A DNA stretch of 64,000 nucleotides, taken from the NCBI GenBank assembly GCA_002633005.1, contig NMRA01000288.1, forward strand, positions 136,300 through 200,299, read 5' to 3'. Under the pieces are notes generated by a model. The model saw nothing but the letters and a program-made list of their open reading frames with translations. It did no database searches and was not told the DNA's origin. The DNA is from Phoronis australis (taxonomy: Eukaryota; Animalia; Phoronida). Numbering within the stretch: position 1 is the stretch's first letter; each line of letters opens with the position of its first letter. A program made the translations under genes and the position numbers. Positions 22,326 through 36,900 of the stretch are shown one piece after another.

Positions 22326-24227
22326 TAAGATAATAAACACTTGCCTAAAAATTAAAGGTTGACGTAAACAATGTCTTCGTACAATGCATCAACATATTGA
22401 ATTTATTTGGCGTAAGTAATCATCGAACTGAACCTCGGCGATCTGTCAGTTATTTTGTGCATGAAAGCTGACCACGAACCATGGTGAGTGCGAGTAAAAC
22501 CTCAGTTAACAAAGTGCACGGCTGCCACTTTGTCGTCGTACTCAGAATTGTGATGCAATAGAAAGATCGTCTCCCACTCGTACATCGCCAGCTGTTTCCA
22601 CGCATATGAGCAGTGACCTTCATCGTTGCTTTGCTGGTGGTTGGCGTCACAACATGAACATTAAAGACTATCTTTTGCTGGTGGTAGTGGCGTTCCAAAC
22701 CGCAACAAGCCTCTCCACTGACAGTAGTAGTTGTTGATGCCCGTCACGTAGTGGGAAGATTGCGAAATTCGTCCGACTTGTTGGGATTCCATGTTCCAAT
22801 GTAATGGCGTACGCAGTAATCCCTTCATTGCTCATGGTGTATACTAGAGGTGGAACGTATGTTCTAAAATATCTAAATAAGCTCCCATGATGTGACTCGC
22901 TTAGTCACCTCTGTTAGTGAGTATCTGATCCCTTGGCAATAAAATCCCTAAAAACCTGGGTTGGATTAGCATTTTTATCAGTTCAAAGCATTGGAATTCA
23001 TGTTATCAAATAACGGCCAAAGTGAAACTTATTTCAGAGTCTTGACGCCTTTATCCATTTTAATTTTTATTACGAAAATTCAATAAATGAATATACTGTA
23101 CATAACCCAGAAAGCGCTAAGAGGCATTATATGTGGGTTAAATAAATACAAAGAAATCTATATACAATTATTACACACAAATACACCTATTAAAAAAATG
23201 ATGTTAACATTACAATGCCATATGATAACATGTACGAATGTAAATAAATCATTTTCATACACATGTATACAATTCTATCCACTCACACAAAGAGATTCAA
23301 TATAAAGAAATTTTGATATGATTTCGACTAAAACGTTATTTTCATTTGGGTTGAGTTCTCGACATCCATATAGAAAAAAATTATTTAGCTGTACAATTGC
23401 GGAATTTCAGAATATTTGGGGTATTGTTCGAGTGTCTGGAAAAGCTGTACCCTCTGCTCCCTGCATCACTAGCAAAGAAAACAAGCATTTGTCTGAGTGT
23501 TTCCACAGGAACACAGAGGCCAAATATTATTAAAATTATGTCTAAATTTCTCGTTGTTTATGAATAGACCCCATCTCGATTTGTAAAGGATTATTTCATG
23601 GTTGCGAGGATGTAGAAATGATGTCAGTGGGACAGGCAAGTTTTGAGTAGTAGTATGCATTTTAAAGTTATTTTTAACAGTGACTTTTGGAGTGCCTTCT
23701 TTTATTTTGGATCGTAAGGAATTTCAGTTGTCAATGCATGTTAAAATGGTAGCCCTTATTGATGGAAGTTAAAGGGTCAAAATATGAGAGAGAATAAAGT
23801 TTGTGTGATTATGTTTGCGGTTTTCATGTGACTTGCAACTTTTTATTTCGTGCATAGAGATTTTGACAGAGCGGAAAAGAAGAATTAAAAGTTCAGTGAC
23901 GTGTGTGCACTGCCTGGCATAACCCCATGAGATCTCAATACTACTTCCTGAGATTTTGCTCTTGTGTACTACGTAGGAGTGATATACCACCGACTCATGT
24001 ATAGTGAGATACAACGGCATTGTGTTGCGTCAGGGAGGACTGTAACAAGCGAGAAATACACTGGTTCAACGTAGTGGGAGATAAAAGTAGTTGGTACAAG
24101 GTCTGGTCTAGATGAGGTGCGAGATGCAGTCATGATTTCTGAACAATTGGCCACAGAAGTGGCCAGCGGAATCGTCATTGAGGGAGCGTCAGATCATAGG
24201 ATAAAAGATGAAGCATTTGGTGGTTAA

Positions 24228-25629
24228 GGTTATCTCCAACCTCATTTAGTGACCTCCATTCTAACTAGTATATCAAAAACTAAGCTTCGTCAACAAGTAC
24301 AAGTATATATCTTCTGAAAGAAAAAAGATTAGGGAATATGAAGATACTTTTTGTATTAATGTATCATTATTATTTTTACGTAAAAACCTTTTTAAGTCAA
24401 AATTTTATTTTTAAGAAAGGTACATTCATAGCAAAATAACCCCTCGGACGATTTCAATGAAACTTTTTTAAAACGAAAATTTCACCTGTTAACTAAAAAA
24501 TGCTTTTAGGAATTTTCGATTAGTCTTTTCGTTTGGTTTCTATGACAAATCAACTCGCAAAACGTAAGGTATCTTTGTAAAAACTGAAGTCGTTTTCGCC
24601 TTTGTTACATTACGCAAAAATAGGCATTTATATCAAAAATCCTGACTGATGACTAAATATTGAATTTGGAAAGTTTCAGCGAAATGCACCGAGTCGTTTT
24701 TGTTAACTCGTGTTCCTAAGTTCAAATGAAGTCGATTTGCCGAAGGCCTAAAAAAGCCGATTAAACTGGGACGAGTGAAAATCTCAGTCTTCGGTTCATT
24801 ATTCGGTGAAAGCTTCTTTTCGGTACACATAACCTATACAAGCCTTAAATATGTTCGCTATTTCAACATTCACTCGCAATGTCAACTGATTTTGCAGTGC
24901 GTTATTAACTTAATTATCATTAAAACATAACGTTCCCCAGCTAACTACTGTTAGACCTACTTTTATACGTAAATAGGTCATAGTTCATTGTTATACATGT
25001 AGCCTGTACGCGTCACGTGGTGGGAGACTGATACGAAACCAAGAAAGAAATGGAAAACAAAAATCGAATCGGTGGTTAAAGCATGTCTTTAGCACGAGAT
25101 TTGAAACATTGGAATGTCAATTATTTTATTAAGTGAATGAAGGAATTAGGGTGAGGATTTATCTCTTTTCACAATTTGCTGTGTTCATGACCACAGAGGC
25201 CTGAGGCGACAGTAGCATTCGTTCTCAACACCAATGGTCGTACGCATGTAGACGCACAACTCCTTTAGGATCAAAACTACGTTTTGTCTTTGTTTTCCCC
25301 GGCACCATTCTACCCTAAGTACACCTCGTTTACTCAATGTTATGGTGATTTTGTGAATGAAAGGACTGAGGGTATACGAAGCTGTTCTGTAACTGGTGAG
25401 AGATTCGATTAGATTGAAAGCCCTTTAACCTTTGACCTCGGATAAGTAGTAAACAAATATCCACGCGGTTGTGCGGTTCCAAGGTGGTTCTGTTAAATCA
25501 TTTTTTTTCTCGCTACGCAATATATATTTTGTACTTGAAGTTCCCCGAGAATGAATATAAGGTATTTTACTAAACACATGTGAAATATTGTAAAAAATGC
25601 CATTTTTGTGAGCAAGGTTGGAGATAACC
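24228..25629. mobile_element. Non-autonomous Kolobok-like DNA transposon (1402 bp)
   Basis: Perfect 15-bp TIR GGTTATCTCCAACCT / AGGTTGGAGATAACC flanked by TTAA on both sides (24224-27, 25630-33). RR...YY termini plus a TTAA target are the Kolobok signature. No long ORF. Confidence 0.85.
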
Positions 25630-28444
25630 TTAACTTAGATTTAGTTGTAGTTCTCCCTATAGAGGGCGCGGGCGTAGTTAAACGTCACTGCAGTAAGTGT
25701 AATGAATGCCAACAATCGCTTAAATTGTGACTTTAAGGGCTCTCGGTGCCTCCATTCACCTCTGGAATGTTTAAAACTCGCACCAAATACTCCTCGTGAA
25801 ATATCACTCTCCAATAATTACACGTTCCTCTCGAGGATAGACTCCCTTTTAACTCGCACAGTCACTAATACTGACCCCGAAAATCTAACTTCACAATAAT
25901 GCACTTTTCATTGTGAATTAAGTTTATCGCCAGTGCAGCGGTGATATCAAACAATGAACGTCATTGTTTGGGATTTTTCGATTCACAATATAACACCCCT
26001 GCTATTCAAGGTGGGTCATCCAATTCAAAAATCCCATCGCTTGACGAGTAGTTTGCTCTGAGTCAATTCCAATAGTTGGGTTAGAATCATAGCTACTCCA
26101 AGAAATACGCCAAAAATTGCAAATATAGATGGAGGTGGTTTCTTCTCTCTTGTATCCGTTGATGAACCGTGGAAGATAATTAGCCATCAAAGGAAAAGGA
26201 TGCCGGACAAAAGACCAACCGACTGTTTAACAACTGACTGCAGTGGTGTCTGGATTTAGCCTGGATTTTGAAACTGCTTTTATAATAAATGAGGACGAGG
26301 GACAATTCAATGTTTGTGTAAAGTTTACCTGTTGTCCATTGAGATTTTAATCAGCCGCGGTCAAATCTTGAAAAGTCTTCCAAATAAAGTTTCGATGGCA
26401 AAGAATATCGCAGTCATACCTCAAAAATGTCGCTGATCACTGTTTGGCAAGTTGCCAAGCTAAGTGTTGTAAATAGACAAAAGTATTGGCGATTTTTAAA
26501 CATTATTCTATTTAAACTTGCGTTACGGCAATGAGGTATCTAGGTAAGTCATTTAAGTCTATTAGCTAAGCCCCACTCTCGTATAACGGCTTAATGTCTG
26601 GCGGAAATTCTCAAAACTTTCCAACGCCAGGTTTGGGAAACGACCAGAAACAACCACCACAACATTAGGTGGAACACTTAAGTTTATAGTAAACAATAAC
26701 AAATTATCAGTTAAACCATCGCTTTGAAAATTTATTAGAAATGAAAAAATATTCAATGCGGGGTAAAATCCTCCAGTTTGGGACACGAATTTTAAATCAT
26801 TTTTGTTCAGTGTCAGAGGATGCACCTTATAAAATTTGGAAGCAGGCAATTAAGGGTCATTATGATAGTGAGCTGTGGATTCTACTTTCATTATCTGTTG
26901 ACACAAAATGCATTCCGAGATTTAATTAATAAGATGGACATCAAAATAAATCAATGTCTCTAACCAAAAAATTCAACTTTGGCTAGCTGCGTTTTAGTGG
27001 CTGACCCAAACAGGAGAATGTGAATCTATAGACTAAAGTAGGGAGACCCTGAAGAAGAGGTCGCATTGCCGCACCTTCAGTGCTTGTGATCATTTTTAAG
27101 TGCCCGTGCCTGCACACACAGTGGGATTGGAAATCAGATTTTCCTATCACACTTTTTGACTACAGCATGCAATTATGTTTGTCTAACATTTTTAAACATC
27201 AAAATAATTTTGCTAAAACTGCTGGTATATTGTTGTGATCATATTGCATAAGATTCCGATTCCATGATGAGATGCTTATCAAATAATTGCTGATAACATG
27301 CTTAAAAAAGTGACATCTAGCTCTGAAGAATATGCACATTTTTGGAAATTGCCATTGTGGCATTATTATTGCCTGTCATAATTAGATTTGCAACTGTTCT
27401 TTTCAGAGGGTACATTATGTTGTCACAAAGATATGAAACTGTTATTATTAAAAAAATGAAACTGTTATTATTGAATTCTGTTTGAGGCCGTGTGAGCGCA
27501 TGCTAATCCAGTGTTTGCTGACAGAAAGCTGCTGTGAAACAATTACTCGATATGGTCACATGTTAGGGGAATCTTTATTTAGAAATACAAATACATTATT
27601 CAAATCATTGTTACTGTACAACCTTTGCCCTGACGGTCTGTGGAAGGGGAAACCGACATCGCGGCCTCCGACAAGTAAGTAGATTTTCAGTTTCGTGGCT
27701 AATTCACCTAAATAATTACATGCACATTATTTCTTTGGCTCACTGTTATAGTCTTTTCGTGACTGGAGGTTTAGTTTTCAACTGAAGCTGGTTTATGTTC
27801 GTGCCAGTCCCGGCGGCTGCGAGGGGCCTGATCGTGTTCCGAGCCACTGGCCGGGATAACGAGTCAGTCCGGCCGCGACGGGCCTGATCGGGTTCCGAGC
27901 CACTGGATAACAAGCGTTTTGTGTGTTTAGAACTAAAAAAATCACAAGTATAACAACTTACACAGATCTAGGTTCTCATGTCTGTATTTCACGGAAGAAT
28001 ACTTCGAATAATCACCGAACAGACCCCAAACTCCGCAGTGCTATGGACCTTGGTAAATTGGCCTGCCGAACTTTGTAGGCTACGGTGTGTTCAAATACAT
28101 GTACACTGTACCAGTAAATCCGTAACAACGAAATAAATCTATATGTTTTTATAAGAACTCGGTGTATTTTTAAGGGTTTTAAATCGAAGTTTGATGGTTT
28201 GTTGGTGTTAAACGATGAATTCAAGCGATAAGCTGACACCAGTAGCCCGTGTTGTGAACTGCTGAACAGAATACTTGTGAAACCAATTACGTCATTGGAT
28301 AATTTCAACACCTCCGTCTGCCGTCAGGTGTCAGGTAGCGCAACCGAACGTGCCGTTGTTGAGTAGAACTACTCGATCTTAATTGATACAAAATAGGTTG
28401 TTTTTTGGGTGGCATTCTCCTTTAAGTGTCAAACACTCACAGTA

Positions 28445-29665
28445 ATACGAGCTCTTCTTCGCTTGAATGCGAAATGATCATATTTACATGTTGACCATAT
28501 AAGATCTTTTTCCTCCATAGTCACAAGTCTGTTGAATTTTGTAACACTGAGATTGTTGTAGCTCCAAGCAAATACCGTCTCCTAACGTCATCGCAGAATT
28601 GACATTCGATAACAAAATGATATTCTGACTCGACACATGGACTTAAACAGCGAGGGCATAACCTTTCTGGTCTGCTAAGTTCCAAGTGTCTACCTAAAGT
28701 GTATGCCCTGAACATCTTAATTTTACCATATCAGATCTAACATTTACATTGTCATATCTAAATAATTTTCAAAACCCATGTTTAACTTAAAAGCTCTGTA
28801 AGTTTCCATCATTGATCAAAAATTTTTGCCACTTTTACTGATCAATATCGTTTCATCTCTGTTTAAAAAGTGATATGAACCTTGTCTCGGAACCTACACG
28901 CTGATTGTACTATGTTTCTCCAAACCCAAACTGAAATAGCAATTTCTTAACATCATTAGCCCAGCACGGCTTATCAACATTTTCCTTCATATTGTAATGC
29001 CATTCATAGCAATGATACCCTGAAATTGCCAATACAACTTAAGATATTTATTATTCTTGTTGTTTTATTTGACCCCAATAAGTAGTTTTTAACGCATCGC
29101 ATAGTTTTAACCAATACAATTCTAGGAAGTCGGTATGCAATCAAGGAGTAACGACACACTTCACTTCTGACAGCCGATGAAATTGCTGCGCTGAACAAAT
29201 TTAAAATTTCTTTACAAATTTTTGTGTGGACTATTTCAATACATTCGTCCCACTAAAACCTCAGAGATCTCACAGCCATAATGAAGTATCGGCAGTATCT
29301 GACAATCAAATAATTTCAAACTAACTTTAATAGAGAGTGCATTAAAACCATTGACATTTTTCCTCATTAAATTCACTGCCTTAGCAGCCTGTAACAATAA
29401 AGTTTTCTGTGCACAAGACCACGAACCTTTTGTAGTAAATGTCAATCCTAGATATTAATATACATTTACAATATTAATAGTATTTCCATCATACGTCAAT
29501 TTTTCATACGACCTTACCATTCCACCCTTTCTGAAAAGATTATCTTACTCTTCGACATGGTAATAATCAATTTCCATTTCTGGAAATACTCACATAAAAT
29601 ATTCATTTTTTCTACAGTCCTTTAACACTATAGTAAAACAAAACCAAATCATCAGCAAACAATGT
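28445..29665 (-). mobile_element. 5'-truncated decayed LINE (RTE-X/CR1-group-like) ORF2: RT catalytic motif to C-terminal zinc knuckle
   Basis: LFADDLVLF (~29637-29663), YLGLTFTTKGSW, KLFDCQILPILHYGCEI, LGRHLELSRPERLCPRCLSPCVESEYHFVIEC. A short homologous remnant lies at ~52831-52968. Confidence 0.85.
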
Positions 29666-30928
29666 ACCACGCGGCATAGACCTTAGTATTTGCAATAACC
29701 ATCCCTTTTCCAAGAGCCAGGGTCTAATCTTTTTACTCCAAATCAATCTCAAAATTGTTTTTGGCATTTTCCATTTCGCTTCTCTGCGAGACCACGACTC
29801 GAAGTTTTATGACTAATGCTGGGATCATTAAGTACAGACTAGGATTAGGCATGTTCTCACCCCAGTCGTTATGTACCCCAGTACAGAATAAAAGACACTT
29901 ATCTTGACTTCACACAAAAGTAGAATAGAAATTAACAAAATATTATTGAGCAAATAGATTAGACCCCGGCAGAAGGTGCTCATTGCCCATGGTCTTCAAG
30001 GCGGTAAATGTGCTTCTTGAGGTGGCAGTCGGGTCTTTCACACCGCTGGAAGTCACAAGGATACAGTGCACTACAATTCATCAAAACACGTCATTTTTCC
30101 AAGCAGTGGCATGAATTGAAATATTACTGAATACTGAACGAATGGATTAATATAACAATCCACAAGAATACATTAAAACACTTAAAGTTTTCAAACAATA
30201 GCGAAAAAATGTTAATGAATACTTGCCGCCCTACCCACTGTTCAGTGCAAAAAGTTCACATCCGGTCTTTTTGTAGAAACTCTCAGCCAACGAAATTTTA
30301 AAAAGTTCCAAAGTGCTCACAGCATTATTCTCCGGTTTGAAGTCTTCAAAAGGCCCACAGATTAATTTGCGAGGCGGAAGCGAAAATTACCATGTGAGGA
30401 AGCAGCGGACGTGCGAATATACATGACAGATGAAATCGCCAGCTAGTATTCTGAAAATAGAGTTATTAAATCTTTCACCTTTGATCTGTATAAAAATATT
30501 GCTCGTGAATTTAGCTCGGATAATCCATATTAACAAAGAGTTCTTTGTAACATCCATCGTTCTCCGTCGAGTATTATTTGTACTGGTTAAATATTGCGCT
30601 TTTCGAGCGGTGCTTATCTTTTGCAAACTAGACTGACGAGGAATAAATGCCTCGATAATAATTAGTTGTTGTACTTGAAGTAATGCTGCGTGAGTACCCG
30701 GTTTTCATCAGAAAGTGCCGAAACAGCATTGACGTCAGTCCTCTTTGCTTGGACAGCAAACTATAGCGATTCACACACAGACGAAAAAGAGTTTAAAAAT
30801 CGTTTGTGTGTTTCTGAGGAGACATTGGATATCGCGTTTTCTGGAGCGTGGTGACCACTGCAATTTTTATGAGAGATCATCTATTGTTTTGCATTGCGTC
30901 TGGTGAGGCGCAAACTTTTTAATATATC

Positions 30929-33900
30929 ATGAATTTGCCGTTCGCATGCATATTCGTTCTTATGGAAATTCCGTCTTCTCAAGAGCGTGAGTATGCATTC
31001 TCGTTTGAGTTTAAGTGAATTGTACGTAAAAGACCTGGCGAATTTCAGAGGACACTGAATATGGTTTTAAGTAATTCGCACATATTAAAAAAAAACAATT
31101 TACACCATTCTCAGGTATACATGTAAAACCAACGTGAATAGTCTTTTTCATTCAAACAAAAAGTGATTTCTGTGTTGGCAAATAAGTGACAGTTCGTTAA
31201 TTTTTGACATTATGTGCTCTGAAGGCACACGGTGACGAACCACTGTGCTTAGCCTGGACTGAGTTCTGTAGACCGCACTAAATTCAATCCCCAATTCAGA
31301 TCATTCCAACGTCACCAAGTAATCTCTTCAAAAGCCAACTTTTTACTAGGATGGGACTGGTAAGCTACCCACTATACTCACGAACCTTTCGTTTTCACTC
31401 GCGTGCTTTTCTCGGTACACGGAATGCTCGCCAGGTCTTAAGAAACAACGTTCTTTATTCAAAGGCAGAAATATTAATAAACATTTTAAGAAAATGAAAA
31501 CAACAATCACGTACTAAAGTCAAAAATACAGTTCTTTGCATTGTCAACCTTTGTGTAAATTGAAATTAGTTACACTGAACTCCCAGGACTTTCCCCGACA
31601 GCCGCACTGCTTCAGCAAATGAACTAATCCTCCGTGAAACGGGAACTTAAAAGGACACTATACCCGGTTAGGTCCTATAAACAGATATTAACAATGACTT
31701 TCCCCATGCAGCTCTATAAAACAACATTTTGAAGACTCCTTACAAAATCTGCTAAACTGGCAAGAGGGTCTACCCTTTAAGCTGGTTACGAAACGACTAG
31801 AGGAAAAGACCATTCACTAAGAGCCAAAATATCCATTCTGTGACATAGTGAGCATTTGTTTTAAGTTGCATTTTATCAGATCAAAAAATCACTTCTCATC
31901 TGAGTAAGGAACAATCAGACCTTGTTTGTAGCGATAAGCGGTCAAAAGCGAAAGATCTGTTCCTGAACGGAACGTTTGTTTATAGTCAGTGAGCCTGACA
32001 CTGTGGGTCTCTCATTAAAACGACTTAAAAAGCTTAAAGACCTACTATCGTGCCAAAAAGGACTACGGGTATACGTGACATAACGGGTCACGTTACCTCA
32101 TAGGTGAAGACAAAAATTCTCGCTGTCACTATGAAAAATGGCGGAGAGCAGAGGAAGCCTTCATTATGATTGCATAGCTATGCCAAAAATTCATAAGGTA
32201 GCTATTAATTTAATTATTTCTTGATTAAATTGAAGTGTGACATATTAAAGGAAGTTATTGCCGTGCTGATAAAGTTGTTCTAAATTATGATGCATTACAT
32301 GTCTTAGTAAAGTATAATGAGAGCTTTTTCTCCTGAATCTTACAACAAGAAAATGATAAGAAACTACTTATTTTCAGAAATTTATTGCAGTATTTGCCTA
32401 GTTTTCAATACATTCACCATTAAAAACAATGTCATGTCCCGTGTTCAACTTGTAAACAGTAAAAAATGGTACCGGTCGAGGTTACGTACACCACGTGATT
32501 ACATGACTTTACGCACAATCAATCAGCATCAAATTTTGCCAGAGTTTCAAATGTCTCGGATGGTCTCGAGTTTTGCGCTGTCCCTACTTGTTGATTCACT
32601 GCAAGTTGCCTTGAGAGATGGAGCACCTGCCTTTGCAACATCAGTTGTGACATGACGTGTCTTCTAGGGTGTTACTGGCTAAGTCCTATGTGGCACGAAT
32701 TTTATAATGTTCATAATTTTCGTCAGACTGGATGGATTTTGGATACACCAGTATTATTCATGAGAAGAGCAGCATGTATATAACGGATGTCTCAAACCTT
32801 ATCCACAAAAATTGGCAATTTTTACAATATTTCACATATGTCAAGAAAAAATACCTAATCTTCATTCTCGAGGAACTTAAAATACGAAATATATACCATG
32901 TAGCGAGAAAAAAATAGCAGATCCGCCTTGGAACCGCACTACCTCGTGGAAAAACGTTTACTACTTATCCGAGGTCAAAGGTTACGGTGCTGTCACTCAA
33001 ATCGAATCTTCCGCCAAGCACAGAGCAGCTTCGAATGTACCCTCAGGTCTTTCATTTGCCGAGTGGCCTTAATATTGAGTCAACGACGTGTGCATATGAT
33101 ACAAAGACGACGAACCTTACCATTTCTCAATCATTAAGCGCAACTTCATCCAAGTGATTCTGAAAGTGAATTGTGTAATTCCTAGTCATACCAAAACCAT
33201 TGCTTACTTAATGAAAACAATTTTCTTCTACTGCTGACACTTGAAAATTAAGAATTTTTAAAATTGCCATTGGTAAGGCTAAAAATGCATGACATTCAGA
33301 GACAAAAATTGCAGGTTTCTCAAACACTGTAATTCTTTTTGTTTAACACAACTAAATAGACCTTTGATAAGAGATCCTGTTGGCAATTGGTAAATGACCA
33401 GAAAATTTTATTTTAGCCAGTAACACAATGGAGTCTCTAATTTGGAACTTGATTGTGATTTACCCGAGTAGTAGCAGCAGTGGCAGAAGTATTGTCAGTA
33501 GTAGCAGAACGTTATCAGTATCGCTCGAAGTATCGGTAACAGTAGCAGTATCAAGTGGCAGTAGCAGTGCATGGCAGAAGCAGTATCAGCCATTAACATG
33601 GAGTACCAGCTAGAAGTAGGAGGTAGAAGTGGTCATTAACATCATCATCATTATTATTAGTATTGACGTTATTTATGTTATTATAATTATTTTATTAGCG
33701 CTACTACCTATTTTAAGGAATAGAACGGTCCTAGGTTACACAATCACACGTCTCACAATGCGGCAGCATCCGTCAAGCAATCTAGCCTCGTTTTCTCGCC
33801 ATTGGAGTTCCTAGTGTTTTTGTTGGTGCCAAAGACTATAAGCCGCTCACACACGCAACTGCAACTAACAACTGCCATATTGGAGTGTTATACTCACGTG

Positions 33901-36900
33901 ACAGGTTTATTCGCCGTGTAAAAAAGGGGGCGAATTGCCCATTTCAAAGCGCGATGTCTAACACATAAAGGGGCAGAAGAGCGTGAGTTTTTTAGAAACA
34001 TAAAAAACAGGTAATGCAGCACTTACATCCGTTTTTAAGAGCCAGTTAGTCGATAGGGAAAATATCAAACTAATAGAAGATTGCAACCAGTGGCAGATTC
34101 TCGAGTAACATGTGCGGCTGCTTGCTTGTCAATCCGCTGCGAGAGATTTATTTATTTTAAATTATATTTTCGTTTTTTTTTTGAAGAGAAAACATTAAGA
34201 TCATGCAAATTTGTCATTCAATTTGTGTCGCTTGAAGCAAATACAGTATATCCAGGAGGCGCGCTACACACTCGCGTGGTACGTACTTTCGTTGTGCCCT
34301 AACACGCATTTTCAGTGTTGAATGATGACCCCGGGTAACTTTATTCACGTAACATTAAAATGTAACCTCATTGGGGTCAAATAAACGGCAGGTTTTTAAA
34401 GTTCATTAGGACGTTTTCCCGTTCAGTGACTTTACCAGACATAGAACGGTTGTGAGCATGTGATAACATTAAGCTCCTTTGTTAACTGCCGAGAACAGTC
34501 TTTTGTCTGGTATGACAACATGCATGTCAATTATCTACCAGGCTTATTACCGACCACATGTGAACACAATCAAACGCAGTGCGTTGGTACGTTCGCAGAG
34601 AATAGATTGTTCTAAATTCGGTTGTAGTCGGGCGATTTTGATTATTCAAAAACCATCAGCATGATCATTGATCGATGTAAAATTCAGAAATCTTATTGGT
34701 TTATGTTTAAACATTTCATAACTTAATTTATTTTAACAGCACAGCCCATCCAGGCTAGATACGATGTTATCGGAGATTAAAGCAATTATCGAACAAAAGA
34801 GAGCTGACCCGCCAACCCTAATTGCAAGAATGGACTTAATCAGTCGCCAGTGTAAGATATTGGCTACGGCAGTCATCCGACCCAACTTGCTGTTGTGCTA
34901 GGCGGAGAACGCCGTAATGTAAAAAGCAAAGAACACAGAAACAGTTCCTTTCCGGCTGTGCATCGCTCGGGATTACCAACGGAAAATTATCCTTCTCACA
35001 CGCACGGTATTCCTCTCTCACGGNNNNNNNNNNNNNNNNNNNNNNNNNNNNNNNNNNNNNNNNNNNNNNNNNNNNNNNNNNNNNNNNCCCCCCCCCCCCC
35101 CCCAATCAAGCACCAGGCACTTGTTGGACTTTTGTAGTGTCCCCACACCGTGTAATTATTTGTTCACAGAGAGATCAGCACCGCTCCTACACAGTATTTC
35201 GAACTGTTCCTTTTCCTCCCGACCTTAATCTGATATATATATATATATGTATATGTATATGTATATACATACATACATACATACATACATATACATATAC
35301 ATACATATACATATACATATACATGTACATATACATATATATTTAAAATAAATTCTTCTCTCACGCACGCTTGGCCTTGTCACATTTTTCAAATTTGGCT
35401 GGGATAGTAAGACAATTTGGCTGCGATCGGAAGACTTTTAGCATGTGGCCAAGTCTTTTGGGTTAGTCTTCATGCAGCTAGTCAGACATTATATCCTCAC
35501 GCGAACAATTTTAAAATGACTAGATTGGCAACTGAATGAAGGACAGTGATTGTTTTATTCAGCCCCGCTGCCAAACATCATATTCCTGGTCTGCATGTCG
35601 TTCAGTACTTTACATCCTGGCATATACTGAAAAAGCAAAATTTCCCTTCCCGTATCCCACTCAGGTCACCCCAGACCTAAACATTAGAGTATCGAACATT
35701 GTTGAAAGATCGCCAATTACGGGTATCGTGTCTGCTTATCCCAACCCCTGTTCCGGGGAACCGTTGAATGATGACGGGACAGGTTTTTATGGACGTGTTT
35801 CAATTTTTTCATGGGTTGAAAATTCTTCACATTAAGTTGAAGCCTTGTGAAAAAATAAAAGGGGTTATTATTCACGAAGTCATTGTTTAATGCTATATCG
35901 GTTGGGTATAATTCCACTCGGTTTCAAGTAGGAAATTCTGTACTTTGGGTATAGGTCGTACAGGTTTGATATTTTGGTTACTATGCACTTTACTTTTTTC
36001 GCAAATCTACAGAATTTCGAATGTCAACTTCCACATAGGTACAAATTTTGCCTGGATTTTTTTGTTTAGATACAACAGAAAATGCCTTATTTTGGAATAC
36101 ATATTAAGAAATGAGTTTTTAAAGCAGTATATATTTCAATAAAGAATCCATTATTCGCTAACATGTAGATGGATGGCGGGCAAGTTCGGACATGCAGATA
36201 TTTATTGTTTTCCAGTATAAGTAAAAACACATAAGATTGTCATTAATACCAAATATTTACTTAAGTGTAATTAACAAATAGCATCATCATTGGATAACAG
36301 CATTTGCTGGTCAATGATTATCTTTTAATTGATCTTATATGGTCTCAGTCACGAAGACTGAGTCGAAAGCAACGCAGGTAGCCCCTCTTCTATGATGGTA
36401 GAACAAACAAAATCTAGTGGCCTCACCACTCAACTCCATGGGCGAACCAAAAAGCCCATGACTCAATGGCAGGACCAAAAACTCAACTCTTTGGCAGTAA
36501 GGCATAACAATGCGAGCCCCGCATTTCCTAATGCCGTAGGATTCCGCCATTTTTGTTCTGTGTAACACTTTCCAGTATGGCGTCATGTTGGCTTCATGTA
36601 TCTGAATGGCGAGCGCCCAGTCTATGTGATGTCTATGGTTCGTACCTTGTTATTTATAATTTTTCTCAAGCCCGTCAGGACAAAGAAGATTTCAATCCGG
36701 GACCGTCCTAGTCACACAAGATAAACGTAACTCTTTAAAAATGAAAAATATAGACGTGTATCATTTTTTTACAGTTCCAGATAACAAAGGGACAGAGTTC
36801 ATGATAGGCTTTGGGGAACATACACCTCCAAAAAAAGATTTAGAGCTGTTCATAACTGCGCCGTACACAGACGGGCCTGTCAGTGTAACTGTGAGCGTAC

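Larger units (their letters stand above)
33830..36637. mobile_element. ~2.8-kb insertion in intron 1 of paralog C (CA...TG termini, degenerate 8-bp TSD; P/hAT-like non-autonomous element), contains a gap
   Basis: B and D read tggtgccttg contiguously. C has gttggtgc|CAAAGAC...GTCTATG|gttcgtac cttgtt (TSD 6/8 match). Confidence 0.55.

Noticed and set aside
31349-31365. Possible 10-nt micro-exon (tag|GATGGGACTG|gtaagc; also ~55094)
   Set aside because: Would shift the frame, and the donor is absent in paralog B.
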